64,000 nt of DNA from Sodaliphilus sp. (lineage in GTDB: Bacteria > Bacteroidota > Bacteroidia > Bacteroidales > Muribaculaceae), in contig JBGYAB010000022.1 in NCBI GenBank assembly GCA_041815985.1, positions 4,796 through 68,795 on the forward strand. Direction: 5' to 3'. Of the stretch, positions 18,200 to 27,731 are shown piece after piece; within the stretch, counting starts at the first letter, position 1; every line of letters begins with the position of its first letter. A model generated the notes under the pieces. It saw nothing but the letters and a program-made list of their open reading frames with translations, was not told the DNA's origin and did no database searches. A program made the position numbers and the translations under genes.

Positions 18200-18937
18200 A
18201 TGTTTAATTTTTTTAAACGAAATAAAGAAAACGTTAAATTATTCTATCACACCGATGTTCATTGTCACATCATGCCCGGTGTGGATCATGGCTCTCAAAG
18301 CGTAGAGCAGTCTTTGGAAATGCTTCAAGCCGAGATTGACATGGGCATTCGTCGTGTTATTTTAACGTCACACACCACAGCGATTACATTTGAAAACACG
18401 CCCGAAACGCTTGCCGAAGGGTTCAAAGTCATTTCACAAGCCGTGAAGGAAGCCGGGCTTGACATTGAACTGCATTATTCGTCGGAATATAGAATCGATG
18501 AGTATTACAACGAACTCTATGCACAAGGGCGCATTGTGCCCATGCCGGGAAACTATCTTTTGCTCGAAAATTCGTTTGCACAAGAGTTGATTGGCATTGA
18601 CGACATGCTTTTTGATGTTCAATGCAGGGGTTATCACCCAATTTTGGCGCACCCCGAGCGTTATCGTTATTACAATGTGCGACACGATCGTTATTTCAAA
18701 CTCCACACTTCCGGCGTAAAGTTCCAACTCAATTTACTCTCTTTGGCAGGCTATTATGGCAAAGGTGCTCGAGAAAATGCAATTTGGTTGATTGACAATG
18801 GGCTTTGCGACATGTTTGGCAGCGACATGCACAACATGAATCATGCCGAGGTGCTCAAAGAGTATTTGCGTTCTAAGGATTGGCGCAAGATTTCCAACAA
18901 GGTTTCGGATCGCATTGTCAACGACATGGTAAGATAG
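18200..18937 (+). CDS. CpsB/CapC-type PHP-domain tyrosine-protein phosphatase
   Basis: 245 aa. HTDVHCHIMPGVDHGS metal-binding N-terminus and LAHPERY motif. Confidence 0.8.
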   Translation: MFNFFKRNKENVKLFYHTDVHCHIMPGVDHGSQSVEQSLEMLQAEIDMGIRRVILTSHTTAITFENTPETLAEGFKVISQAVKEAGLDIELHYSSEYRIDEYYNELYAQGRIVPMPGNYLLLENSFAQELIGIDDMLFDVQCRGYHPILAHPERYRYYNVRHDRYFKLHTSGVKFQLNLLSLAGYYGKGARENAIWLIDNGLCDMFGSDMHNMNHAEVLKEYLRSKDWRKISNKVSDRIVNDMVR

Positions 18938-18972
18938 AAAGAAGTTCCGCCCAAGAATGGAGCTTCTTTTTT
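18938..18972 (+). terminator. rho-independent terminator after the cpsB-like gene
   Basis: aaagaagttcc (18938-18948) pairs with ggagcttcttt (18959-18969) with one G-U pair, followed by ttt. Confidence 0.65.
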
Positions 18973-18985
18973 AATAAGCGTGTGC

Positions 18986-19837
18986 TCATTCTGCCACAAG
19001 CGCAAATTCTGTTTGTTTGTTATTTTGATTTAGGTATCCTCGATAAATCCTGCCGTTAAATTCTCCTGAAAATGTTCCCATGAGATTGTTGCGAGTGTCA
19101 TACATCGAAACTGTGAGGTTAGGCCCATCTTGAATGCCAAGCAGGTGCATTGTCGTTTTTTCTTTGTTATGTCCGGCATAGCGTGCTGTGCCTTTCACGT
19201 TTTGCGGATCTTTTAGATTGAGTGCCATGACAATTTCTGTTGCTCCCATTTTCCCGACCAATTTCACCATGCTGTTACCGGAGAAGGAGCGATTTTGTTG
19301 CTGTGGGCTTGCATGAGAGGCAACGATTTCATCGGGAAGAGAAGAGGTTGACATTCCTGCAAGTGCACCGCCCGACATCATTTGTTCCATCATGGCATTC
19401 ATCATGCTGTCGGTTTGTTGCATTTCGGTCATGGCAACCTGCATGATGGAGTCGGCATCGGTCGAAGAAATATTGCCGTTTGTTGTAATTTGAATTGTTC
19501 CGCCCGGCACTGCCACAATTTGTGTTGTTGTTTGCTCTTGTTTTTGTTTTGTCTTTTTGCTATTGTTGCCGGGCATCAGCCAAGAAATGAGTACCGCCAC
19601 GACTATTACAACAAGAGGCAACACATAGATAAGCCATTGGCGTCGTTTGTGTGATCGTTGCGGTAAGGGTGGGGGAGACATGAATGTTCCGCTATGTTGC
19701 GAAGAGAGAGGAGCAGTTTCTTCCCAAAACTTCTTGTCATCTTTTTGAGGAGCGTTTGCCGTGGGAGTGTTGCAATGCCGACACACTTTTGCACCGGCGG
19801 GCAGAGGCTTGCCACAATTGTTGCAAATTAATTTCAT
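18986..19837 (-). CDS. zinc-ribbon, single-pass membrane protein with a Met-rich extracytoplasmic segment (function unknown)
   Basis: 283 aa. N-terminal CNNCGKPLPAGAKVCRHC zinc ribbon, TM helix WLIYVLPLVVIVVAVLISWLM, and 10 Met in 31 residues (MQVAMTEMQQTDSMMNAMMEQMMSGGALAGM). Confidence 0.6.
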   Translation of the reverse strand: MKLICNNCGKPLPAGAKVCRHCNTPTANAPQKDDKKFWEETAPLSSQHSGTFMSPPPLPQRSHKRRQWLIYVLPLVVIVVAVLISWLMPGNNSKKTKQKQEQTTTQIVAVPGGTIQITTNGNISSTDADSIMQVAMTEMQQTDSMMNAMMEQMMSGGALAGMSTSSLPDEIVASHASPQQQNRSFSGNSMVKLVGKMGATEIVMALNLKDPQNVKGTARYAGHNKEKTTMHLLGIQDGPNLTVSMYDTRNNLMGTFSGEFNGRIYRGYLNQNNKQTEFALVAE

Positions 19838-20481
19838 TGGTTTACTGCATTTTTAACAAAATCAGTAATAAGCTTTGCCGTCTTTTCAACTCCCAAGATA
19901 GAGATGTCGACACACAAATTGTAGCTTGCCGCATCGCCCCATTTTTTATCGGTGTAGAAATTGTAGTATTCTGCACGCAGTTTATTTTTCTTTTCTGCCA
20001 AATCTTGTGCCTCCTTTGGTGTCGAGGCATCGCCTCGCGCCATGATGCGTTGAATGCGGTCGTCGATTGAGGAGTGTACAAACACGCTAATCAGAGTGCA
20101 ATGGTCACGCAAGATGTAATCGGCAGTGCGTCCCACAATCACACACGGTCCCCGGTCGGCAAGTTGTGTCATCACGTCGCTTTGCGCCTTGTAGATGCTG
20201 TCGTCGCTCAATGGTGTATTGCCAATGAAGTAGGCACCCGTGTTGAATCCTAGATTGAACGACCACAAACTACTAAAGAAATGTGGGCTTCGCTCATCGG
20301 CCGCCTCAAAGAAATCTTTGTTCACTCCGCTTGCTTCGGCAGCTTCGTGGAGCAATTCTTTGTCGTAGTAGTTTATGTTGAGTTCTTTGGCTATGAGTTG
20401 CCCGATTTCACGGCCTCCGCACCCAAATTGACGACCGAGTGCTATCACATATGTTTTGTTGTTGTTCATTGTTGTTTTCAT
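19834..20481 (-). CDS. cytidylate kinase-like family protein
   Basis: 215 aa. IALGRQFGCGGREIG P-loop-like N-terminus typical of the Cytidylate_kin2 family. Its stop overlaps the next start by 4 nt. Confidence 0.75.
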   Translation of the reverse strand: MKTTMNNNKTYVIALGRQFGCGGREIGQLIAKELNINYYDKELLHEAAEASGVNKDFFEAADERSPHFFSSLWSFNLGFNTGAYFIGNTPLSDDSIYKAQSDVMTQLADRGPCVIVGRTADYILRDHCTLISVFVHSSIDDRIQRIMARGDASTPKEAQDLAEKKNKLRAEYYNFYTDKKWGDAASYNLCVDISILGVEKTAKLITDFVKNAVNQ

Positions 20482-20500
20482 TTAGGTTTTAACAAATATA

Positions 20501-21172
20501 CTAATTTTCGTTGATAGTTCCAAAAATTACATTCTTTTCTTCAACTGCAGGTTCAGTGGTCGGTGCTTCTTCGCCTTGCTCTGTGTTGTTATTGTCTGTT
20601 GCATTTAATTTGTTTTCTCCGGCGATAGTTTTTTCTGTGACGGAGAATTGACGGTCTTTCCATGTGGCTTTGACAATTGTGGGCTGGCGCAGAATAATGT
20701 CGGTGACCATTTCAAATACACGCACAAATTTTGTTTTGCCTTTGCTTTTTTTTACCATTCCTTTCAGTAAATTGGCATTTTGGGGAGTTTCTTGCAAGAT
20801 AAAGTAGCAACGGCCGTGCTTGAACACACCGGTGAGTTGCTTTCTTGCCTCATCAACTTCTTTCATGGGGTCGAAGTTGTTCACTTCTATTTTCACCGCT
20901 TGGTTTTCTGTTGTTACATCGAGTTTGTAGACGAAGTGGTTGTAATCCTCGCGAGTTAGTTCGTCCATTAAAGGTTGCAGTTGCTCAACGAGTGCAAATT
21001 GTTCGCCGGTCGGGTTCAAGGCGTAGTTTTGCATTTTAAATTCATCGGTCTTTTCGGGAAGTTGCCTGCGTTGGCTCAAAACATATTGCTGAATCATGAT
21101 CACGTCGTCACCACCGGCGGCAACCGAGAGGGCGACTATCGCAAGCATTGTGGTCAATAACATTCTTTTCAT
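20501..21172 (-). CDS. hypothetical secreted protein
   Basis: 223 aa. Signal peptide MKRMLLTTMLAIVALSVAAG. No motif that I recognise. Confidence 0.6.
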   Translation of the reverse strand: MKRMLLTTMLAIVALSVAAGGDDVIMIQQYVLSQRRQLPEKTDEFKMQNYALNPTGEQFALVEQLQPLMDELTREDYNHFVYKLDVTTENQAVKIEVNNFDPMKEVDEARKQLTGVFKHGRCYFILQETPQNANLLKGMVKKSKGKTKFVRVFEMVTDIILRQPTIVKATWKDRQFSVTEKTIAGENKLNATDNNNTEQGEEAPTTEPAVEEKNVIFGTINEN

Positions 21173-21204
21173 TGTTCAGGAATTTGAAGAATACATATTT
21201 TGTT

Positions 21205-21212
21205 CAAAAATA
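21205..21212 (-). promoter_or_regulatory. candidate -7 promoter box (TATTTTTG) for the three-gene unknown operon
   Basis: The reverse complement of caaaaata lies 33 nt upstream of the ATG at 21172. Confidence 0.4.
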
Positions 21213-21296
21213 GTGCATCTTTTGCAATTTTCAATTTTCTTTGATGCATAAAATTATCTAAAATGTTTCAAAAATTCATCAAAGCGACCATGCAGA

Positions 21297-21340
21297 CAAA
21301 AAAATAATGAGCCACTTTGCAAAAAAACGAGTGGCTCATT
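21297..21340 (-). terminator. rho-independent terminator of the nqr operon
   Basis: 10-bp stem aatgagccac/gtggctcatt (21306-21315 and 21331-21340), followed on the minus strand by a U7 run. Confidence 0.7.
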
Positions 21341-21359
21341 AGTTTGTGTGGAGTATAAA

Positions 21360-22649
21360 TTAACCAAAATTGTCATACATGATGCTTTCCGGATCTACGC
21401 CTATGCTGTCGAGATAGTCGGTAACCGTCTTGATGAGCATTGGAGGACCGCACAAGTAGTATTCGCAATCTTCGGGAGCTTCGTGATCCTTGAAATAGGT
21501 GTCGCGCACACAGTTCACCGCAAAGCCGGTATAGTATTTCACGCCCTGTTCGTCGGCAATGGGGTCTTGGCGGTCAAGCGACAAGTGGAAGTGGAAATTG
21601 GGGTATTCCTTTTCCAGCTCCCAAAAGTCTTCGAGGAAGAATGCTTCGTTGAGAGCGCGTGCACCATAGAAGAAGTGCATTTCGCGGTCGCGCGTGTGCA
21701 ACGTTTTCAACATGTGCATGATTTGACTGCGCAATGGAGCCATGCCGGCACCACCCCCAATCCATATCATTTCTTTTCCCGAAGTGAAATTGGGGTGGAA
21801 GTCTCCATAAGGACCACTCATGGTCACTTTGTCGCCGGGTGTCAGCGAGAAAATAAACGAAGAGGCGATGCCGGTGGGCACATCTTGAAATCCTACTTGT
21901 GGCCGTGGTAAGAAAGGTGTGGTGGCAATGCGCACGGTGAGCGTGATGATGTCGCCTTCGTCGGGATAGTTGGCCATGGAGTAGGCACGGGTTGTTTCTT
22001 CGGCATTATGCGCTTTGAGCGAGAGAATGTTGAAGTTTTCCCATGTTGCCATGTAGTCCGGCCCAATCAAGTCTTTGTCGAAGTCCTTGTCATAGTCAAT
22101 GCAGTCATATTGTGGAATCTTGATTTGTGCATAGCTGCCCGGAACAAAGTCCATGTGTTCGCCCGGAGGCAATGCCACCTTAAATTCCTTGATAAAGCTC
22201 GACACATTCTTGTTGCTAATCACTGTACATTCCCATTCCTTGACTTCAAGTACCGAGTCGGCAACTTGAATTTTCAAGTCGTTTTTCACTTTCACTTGGC
22301 AACCGAGACGCCAATGAGCCTTTTGCTCCTTGCGAGTGAAGTGAACGGTTTCGGTGGGCAAAATTTCACCGCCACCCTCAATCACTTGCACCTTGCACTG
22401 TCCACAGCTGCCTTTGCCACCACAAGCACTTGAGAGCATCACGCCCTCTTCATGCAATGTGTTCAGCAAGGTGTTGCCGGTAGCGACTTTAAGCTCCCTT
22501 TTGCCGTCATTAATGTTGATGTGCACTTTTCCCGAGGCTACGAGATAGTGTCTTGCTACAAGAAGCAAAATCACGAGCAACAATGTGATGATTAAAAAAA
22601 CGATTGCACTGCTGGCTATGGTTAGCCCTGTTGTTTCTGCTAATATCAT
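21360..22649 (-). CDS. nqrF: Na+-translocating NADH:quinone oxidoreductase subunit F
   Basis: 429 aa. N-terminal TM helix, 2Fe-2S motif CGGKGSCGQCKV and FAD/NADH-binding RAYSMANYP. Confidence 0.95.
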   Translation of the reverse strand: MILAETTGLTIASSAIVFLIITLLLVILLLVARHYLVASGKVHININDGKRELKVATGNTLLNTLHEEGVMLSSACGGKGSCGQCKVQVIEGGGEILPTETVHFTRKEQKAHWRLGCQVKVKNDLKIQVADSVLEVKEWECTVISNKNVSSFIKEFKVALPPGEHMDFVPGSYAQIKIPQYDCIDYDKDFDKDLIGPDYMATWENFNILSLKAHNAEETTRAYSMANYPDEGDIITLTVRIATTPFLPRPQVGFQDVPTGIASSFIFSLTPGDKVTMSGPYGDFHPNFTSGKEMIWIGGGAGMAPLRSQIMHMLKTLHTRDREMHFFYGARALNEAFFLEDFWELEKEYPNFHFHLSLDRQDPIADEQGVKYYTGFAVNCVRDTYFKDHEAPEDCEYYLCGPPMLIKTVTDYLDSIGVDPESIMYDNFG

Positions 22650-22656
22650 GTTGTCA

Positions 22657-23271
22657 TCAAAGTTTAATGCCCAGGAAGCTCATGAAGGCGATGCCCATAA
22701 GTCCAGTAATAATGAATGTGATACCAATGCCTCTCAATGGCTTGGGAATGTCGCTGTAAGCCAATTTCTCGCGAATGGCGGCCAAGCCCACGATGGCAAG
22801 GAACCAGCCAATGCCACTGCCGGCACCATACACGGTTGCTGTCCATGCCGAACCGAAGTCCTTTTGTTGCATGAAAAGGGCACCGCCCAAGATGGCGCAG
22901 TTCACGGCAATAAGTGGCAAGAAAATGCCAAGAGAGTTGTAGAGGCTTGGCGAGAATTTCTCGACTGCCATTTCAACGAGCTGTGTGCCCGAGGCAATCA
23001 CAGCGATAAACATAATCAGACCCAAGAAACTCAGATCAACATCTTTAAAGCTGTCGCTAATCCACGACAAAGCTCCGGCTTGAAGCACATACTTGTCGAG
23101 GAGGTAGTTGACCGGCAGGGTTACTATTAGCATGAATGTAACAGCCAACCCAAGGCCAAATGCCGTTTTTACATTCTTGGAAACCGCAAGGAAAGAGCAC
23201 ATTCCCAAGAAGTAGGCAAATATCATGTTGTCAATGAATATTGACTTTACAAATAGATTTAATTCTTCCAT
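22657..23271 (-). CDS. nqrE: Na+-translocating NADH:quinone oxidoreductase subunit E
   Basis: 204 aa polytopic protein of the NqrDE/RnfAE family, in operon position. Confidence 0.93.
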   Translation of the reverse strand: MEELNLFVKSIFIDNMIFAYFLGMCSFLAVSKNVKTAFGLGLAVTFMLIVTLPVNYLLDKYVLQAGALSWISDSFKDVDLSFLGLIMFIAVIASGTQLVEMAVEKFSPSLYNSLGIFLPLIAVNCAILGGALFMQQKDFGSAWTATVYGAGSGIGWFLAIVGLAAIREKLAYSDIPKPLRGIGITFIITGLMGIAFMSFLGIKL

Positions 23272-23294
23272 TTTCTTTGATATTTAGTTGGTTG

Positions 23295-23903
23295 TTACTG
23301 TTCTTCTTGAAGATCTTTGTTGCGGGCACGTTGCACCCAAATGATGCAAGCCACAACAATGAGTGCCATTGGCGGTAAAATCATCAAACCATTGGTGTAG
23401 TCCTCGGGATAGATTCTGAAACCGAGCAATGTTCCGGAACCAAGCAGCTCGCGGAAGAAAGCTACAATCACAAGCACAATGGCATAGCCCAGACCATTGC
23501 CAATGCCGTCGAGGAACGAAGGCCAAGGCTTGTTGCTCATGGCAAACGCTTCGAGACGGCCCATCAAAATACAGTTGGTGATGATGAGACTGATGTAAAC
23601 CGAAATTTGCTTGCTCACTGAGTAGCTGTAAGCCATGAGAAACTGTTGCACTAAAATAACAAGTGCGGCAACAACCACAAGTTGCACGATGATGCGGATT
23701 GTGGGAGGAATTGTTTTGCGCATGAGCGAAATGATGACATTGCTGAATGCCAGCACCGCAATCACCGAAATGCTCATGACAAGAGCAGGTTTCAAACTCA
23801 CCGTTACGGCCAGGGTAGAGCAGATGCCAAGCACCTGAACCAGAACAGGATTGTCCTTACTGAACGGGTTAAATAAGATTTCTTTGCTTCGTTTTGATAA
23901 CAT
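23295..23903 (-). CDS. nqrD: Na+-translocating NADH:quinone oxidoreductase subunit D
   Basis: 202 aa polytopic protein. NPVLVQVLGICSTLAVT motif. Confidence 0.93.
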   Translation of the reverse strand: MLSKRSKEILFNPFSKDNPVLVQVLGICSTLAVTVSLKPALVMSISVIAVLAFSNVIISLMRKTIPPTIRIIVQLVVVAALVILVQQFLMAYSYSVSKQISVYISLIITNCILMGRLEAFAMSNKPWPSFLDGIGNGLGYAIVLVIVAFFRELLGSGTLLGFRIYPEDYTNGLMILPPMALIVVACIIWVQRARNKDLQEEQ

Positions 23904-23912
23904 AATCCTGAT

Positions 23913-24650
23913 TTATTTAACGGTTGAACTTTGCAATTTCTTGAAAAATGCGTCGTAAGGAGCCAGGCAGTCTTTGATCATGTTAGACACACCGCGACTG
24001 GTGATGGTTGCACCCGAAATGGCATCGACCGTTTCGGCACCATCAACACTTTTTTGTCCTTTTTTCATGACTTCAATGCTCTTGAAAGCTCCTTCTACAT
24101 AGATGTGTTTTCCTTTAAACTCATCTTTGAACTGACTTTCAGTGATTTTTGCTCCCAAGCCCGGGGTTTCGCTTTCGTGCGAGAAATTGGTGCCAATCAC
24201 TGTTTTACCATCGGCATCAAGTGCCACGTAACCCCAAATTGGCCCCCAAAGACCTGCTCCATAGCAAGGTATTACATATTTCACCGAGCCATCGTCGAGC
24301 GTTGCTTCAAACACGGGTAGTTTTCGCTTGGCAACGTCTAATTTCACGTTTTGCTTCAAGTTCACCGAAAATGCTACATTTTTGGTGGTATCCACCACAT
24401 TGCCTTGAACATCTACAAGATATTCCTTGGTGATATATTTGCCAAATTTTTCTTCAATGCCTTTGCCTTCAAGATCGTCTGTCGACACGTTGAGCGCACC
24501 CAAAATTTGACTGCGTGTGTCGTTAGCCACATTCATGTCTTGCTTGGGTTTCAATGTCATGTAAACGAAAGCCAAGAGCACACCAACTACAATGACCATG
24601 ATGGCTGAGTAGAGAATTTGATATGTATTGCTGTTTTTGTTCATTGTCAT
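23913..24650 (-). CDS. nqrC: Na+-translocating NADH:quinone oxidoreductase subunit C
   Basis: 245 aa. FMN attachment motif ISGATITSRGV. Confidence 0.93.
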   Translation of the reverse strand: MTMNKNSNTYQILYSAIMVIVVGVLLAFVYMTLKPKQDMNVANDTRSQILGALNVSTDDLEGKGIEEKFGKYITKEYLVDVQGNVVDTTKNVAFSVNLKQNVKLDVAKRKLPVFEATLDDGSVKYVIPCYGAGLWGPIWGYVALDADGKTVIGTNFSHESETPGLGAKITESQFKDEFKGKHIYVEGAFKSIEVMKKGQKSVDGAETVDAISGATITSRGVSNMIKDCLAPYDAFFKKLQSSTVK

Positions 24651-24661
24651 TCCCTCCTTAA

Positions 24662-25873
24662 TTATTTAGCGTTTGTGGCGCGTTTCAAGCGACGGTTAAT
24701 GTTGGAGTTTACCACACAATAGTCGATGAGCGGAGCAAAGGCATTCATGAACAATACCGCAAGCATTGCACCTTCGGGGTAGCCACCGTTGTAAACGCGA
24801 ATTAAAATAGCCAATACGCCAATCAGGAAACCATATACATATTGTCCGGTTTTAGTCCTTGCACCGGTCACAGGATCGGTTGCCATGAACACCGCGGCAA
24901 AGGCAAAGCCGCCAAAGCATACTTGGGCAAACGGATCGAGCAACGATGCCGGATAGGTTGGAGTGGCAAAGGTGTGAGCAATGAAGCCCATTGCAAGGCC
25001 GCCGGCAAACACCGAGCACATTACACGCCACGAGGCGATGCCCGAAATGAGGAGAATAGCCGCACCTATCAAGATGGCGACCATCGAAGTTTCGCCGGGA
25101 GAGCCTGCAATTGTTCCCCAAAAAGCATCTGTCGTTCCTATGCTGTCGCCGGTAACACCGGTGAGCTGAAGACTGTCGCCAATGTTGGCAGTAACCTGCC
25201 CCAATGGAGTTGCGCCGGTGAAGCCGTCAACCACGTTGCCGCTTCCAAAACCAAAGGCCGAATCAAGTTTCACAAAAGCCGAGTCGCCACTCATCTTCGA
25301 AGGATAGCTGAAGAAGAGGAACGCACGCGTGATTAATGCCACGTTGAAGATGTTCATGCCTGTTCCGCCAAACACCTCCTTTGCAAAGATAACTGCAAAT
25401 GCCGTGGCCACAGCTGTCATCCACAGCGGAGTGTTGATGGGCACAATGAGCGGAATGAGAAAACCGGTCACGAGAAACCCTTCTTGTATCTCTTTGTGGT
25501 GGATTTGTGCGCTGATGAACTCAATGCCAAGCCCCACAACGTAGCTGACCACAATCACGGGAAGCATGGCAAGAAAACCAAAGAGCCACATGTTAAGCCA
25601 ACCGGTGTGTGCTGCCTCGCCAATAGCCATGTAGTGCTGCAAGCCTGTGTTGTACATGGCAAACAGCATGGCCGGAACAAGTGCAATCACCACCATGATC
25701 ATTGTGCGCTTCATGTCGTTGCTGTCATGAATGTGCGCACCCGAACGCGATGTTGTGTTCGGCGTGAACAAGAATGTTTCAAAACCATCGTACACCGATT
25801 GAAGTTTGGCAAGTTTGCCTCCTTCATGAAACGTTGGCCCAATCTTGTTCAGGAAATTTCTTAGACTTTTCAC
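24662..25873 (-). CDS. nqrB: Na+-translocating NADH:quinone oxidoreductase subunit B
   Basis: 403 aa polytopic protein of the NqrB/RnfD family, in operon position. Confidence 0.93.
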   Translation of the reverse strand: MKSLRNFLNKIGPTFHEGGKLAKLQSVYDGFETFLFTPNTTSRSGAHIHDSNDMKRTMIMVVIALVPAMLFAMYNTGLQHYMAIGEAAHTGWLNMWLFGFLAMLPVIVVSYVVGLGIEFISAQIHHKEIQEGFLVTGFLIPLIVPINTPLWMTAVATAFAVIFAKEVFGGTGMNIFNVALITRAFLFFSYPSKMSGDSAFVKLDSAFGFGSGNVVDGFTGATPLGQVTANIGDSLQLTGVTGDSIGTTDAFWGTIAGSPGETSMVAILIGAAILLISGIASWRVMCSVFAGGLAMGFIAHTFATPTYPASLLDPFAQVCFGGFAFAAVFMATDPVTGARTKTGQYVYGFLIGVLAILIRVYNGGYPEGAMLAVLFMNAFAPLIDYCVVNSNINRRLKRATNAK

Positions 25874-25928
25874 TGTTGTATTTTTACTTTAAAGTTTATT
25901 ACTTAATTAGTTGATTTCAACAAAATTT

Positions 25929-27257
25929 TTACTCAACTTCTTTGCGCATTTTGTCAAGACCTTCACGCACGATGCGTTGAAGTTCGAGTTTCGATGTGTC
26001 GGCATATTCGGCAAGGGCGAAATCTTCGGGAGCCACTTCGTAGATGCCCAATTGCTCCATTTTGTCGATGTTAAAGGCAATAATGGCCTTAATCAAAAAT
26101 TCTGAGTAAATGTCCATGGGAAGCATGCGGTCATATTCGCCACTCATCACGATTGCACGCTCGCCGCCATTGATTTTTGCATCCATTTTCACCGGCTTCT
26201 TGTTACCGAAAATCCAGCTTGTGAAATCGCGATACACACTGAATTTCTTGGGACTGAGCGAAGCCCACCCCATGAACTCGTCTTCTTTCTCTACTTCGGG
26301 AATTACTGTGAGCTGACAGTAGGGGGCGCGAAGGTAGCCGTCGGTAGTCACCTGCTTGCCGGTGAGTACATTGCCACTGATGTAGCGTTTTGCTTTGCCG
26401 TTCTCGTTGATGTTTCCTCTCACGAGGTCCGACATCGGCACACCTGCAATGGTCTTGATATATTCCGGCTTCACAACCTCAGAACCGGTAATGCCCACTG
26501 TTGTGCTGAAATCGACCTTACCGGTCGCAAACAGTTTGCCAATCTTTGCCAAAGTAATGACATTTAATGTCCAAACAACTTCACCTTTGTTCACCGGTTT
26601 AATGTTTGCAATCTGCACTCCGGCGTTACCGGCAGGGTGAGGGCCTTCAAACACGTTGGTGATTGCACCACTTGCTTCGATCACATGCGTCGGGTTGCAA
26701 CCCAAGTACACGTTGCCGTCGGTGAGCTTGCTTAGCATCTCTACACCTTTATTAATATATTGCTCGTCATCGCCCAGCACAATTTTGAACGAGGGTGCCA
26801 GCGGAGCTGAGTCAAAACAAGTAACAAAGATGTCGCGAGGTTTTACTTCGGGCGAAGGAACCACGTCGTATGGGCGTTGTCGCAACATGGCCCATAGTCC
26901 ACTTTCAAGTAGTAATTCTTTGGGAGAGGTTTTTACGTCAAATTCCCTGACTTTGCCATTGGTGTCGCACTCAATGACAATCGACTCGATTTTTCGGCGG
27001 TTGCCGCGATTGATGGCTTTGATGGTGCCACCGACAGGACTCACAACTTTAATGCTGTCGTGGGTTTTGTCATGGTAAACCACTTCGCCGGCAGCAACGG
27101 TCTCGCCCTCTTTCTTGTCCAGTCGGGGAGTGATGCCGTTGAAGTCGTCGGGCACGATGGCGCATTGCTGTGGCGCATTGGCTTGCTTCACGCTTTCATT
27201 GGCAATTTCACCCTCCAGGTTTAGGTCATAACCTTTTTTCAGTTTAATTGTCGCCAT
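25929..27257 (-). CDS. nqrA: Na+-translocating NADH:quinone oxidoreductase subunit A
   Basis: The track ORF extends to 27278. I prefer the ATG at 27255-27257 (MATIKLKKGYDLNLEG), the usual NqrA N-terminus. Confidence 0.93.
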   Translation of the reverse strand: MATIKLKKGYDLNLEGEIANESVKQANAPQQCAIVPDDFNGITPRLDKKEGETVAAGEVVYHDKTHDSIKVVSPVGGTIKAINRGNRRKIESIVIECDTNGKVREFDVKTSPKELLLESGLWAMLRQRPYDVVPSPEVKPRDIFVTCFDSAPLAPSFKIVLGDDEQYINKGVEMLSKLTDGNVYLGCNPTHVIEASGAITNVFEGPHPAGNAGVQIANIKPVNKGEVVWTLNVITLAKIGKLFATGKVDFSTTVGITGSEVVKPEYIKTIAGVPMSDLVRGNINENGKAKRYISGNVLTGKQVTTDGYLRAPYCQLTVIPEVEKEDEFMGWASLSPKKFSVYRDFTSWIFGNKKPVKMDAKINGGERAIVMSGEYDRMLPMDIYSEFLIKAIIAFNIDKMEQLGIYEVAPEDFALAEYADTSKLELQRIVREGLDKMRKEVE

Positions 27258-27288
27258 GGATAAAAAATAATTGTACATTTTTACGATG

Positions 27289-27296
27289 CAAAGGTA
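27289..27296 (-). promoter_or_regulatory. candidate -7 promoter box (TACCTTTG) for nqrA-F
   Basis: The reverse complement of caaaggta lies 32 nt upstream of the nqrA ATG. Confidence 0.4.
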
Positions 27297-27463
27297 GGTA
27301 AAATATATTTAATAAGGTTAATTTTCCCTTGATATTATTGTGTTTTTTGTCGTTTTTCGAGACTTAGATTTTTACAGATGATTTTTGACCTTTTTGCGAG
27401 TAAAAAAAACTTTAAAAAAGCATTTTTTGATTGCATGTCGTTGTATTATTAAAATAATTGTAA

Positions 27464-27471
27464 TACATTTG
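27464..27471 (+). promoter_or_regulatory. candidate -7 promoter box (TACATTTG) about 260 nt upstream of exbB
   Basis: Exact TAnnTTTG. If used, it gives a long 5' leader or a separate small transcript. Confidence 0.3.
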
Positions 27472-27731
27472 CGAATGATTTCGTGGATTAGGTTCGCGTT
27501 TAGTCAGCATGCTGGCTGTGAATGTCACGTTAAATTGGTGTACTTAAATCACATATTAATTAGTTTGCGTGGCAGAAATAATAAAACTGCCACCCGTTCG
27601 TTCGGATCATAAAGAAGCTTTTTCTTTTAAGCCAATGTCATATTGCCTTGGCAACAGCGATTGAGAATTAAAACAAAACGATTAATAACTTTTAATTATT
27701 TAATTTTTTAACAATTTATTTATTTTAAATT

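Noticed and set aside
27385-27612. A 75-codon ORF in the nqrA-exbB intergenic region.
   Set aside because: It has a non-ATG start and an odd composition rich in Ile, Lys, Arg and Cys. It sits in AT-rich promoter or leader DNA. I treat the region as regulatory or possible RNA instead.
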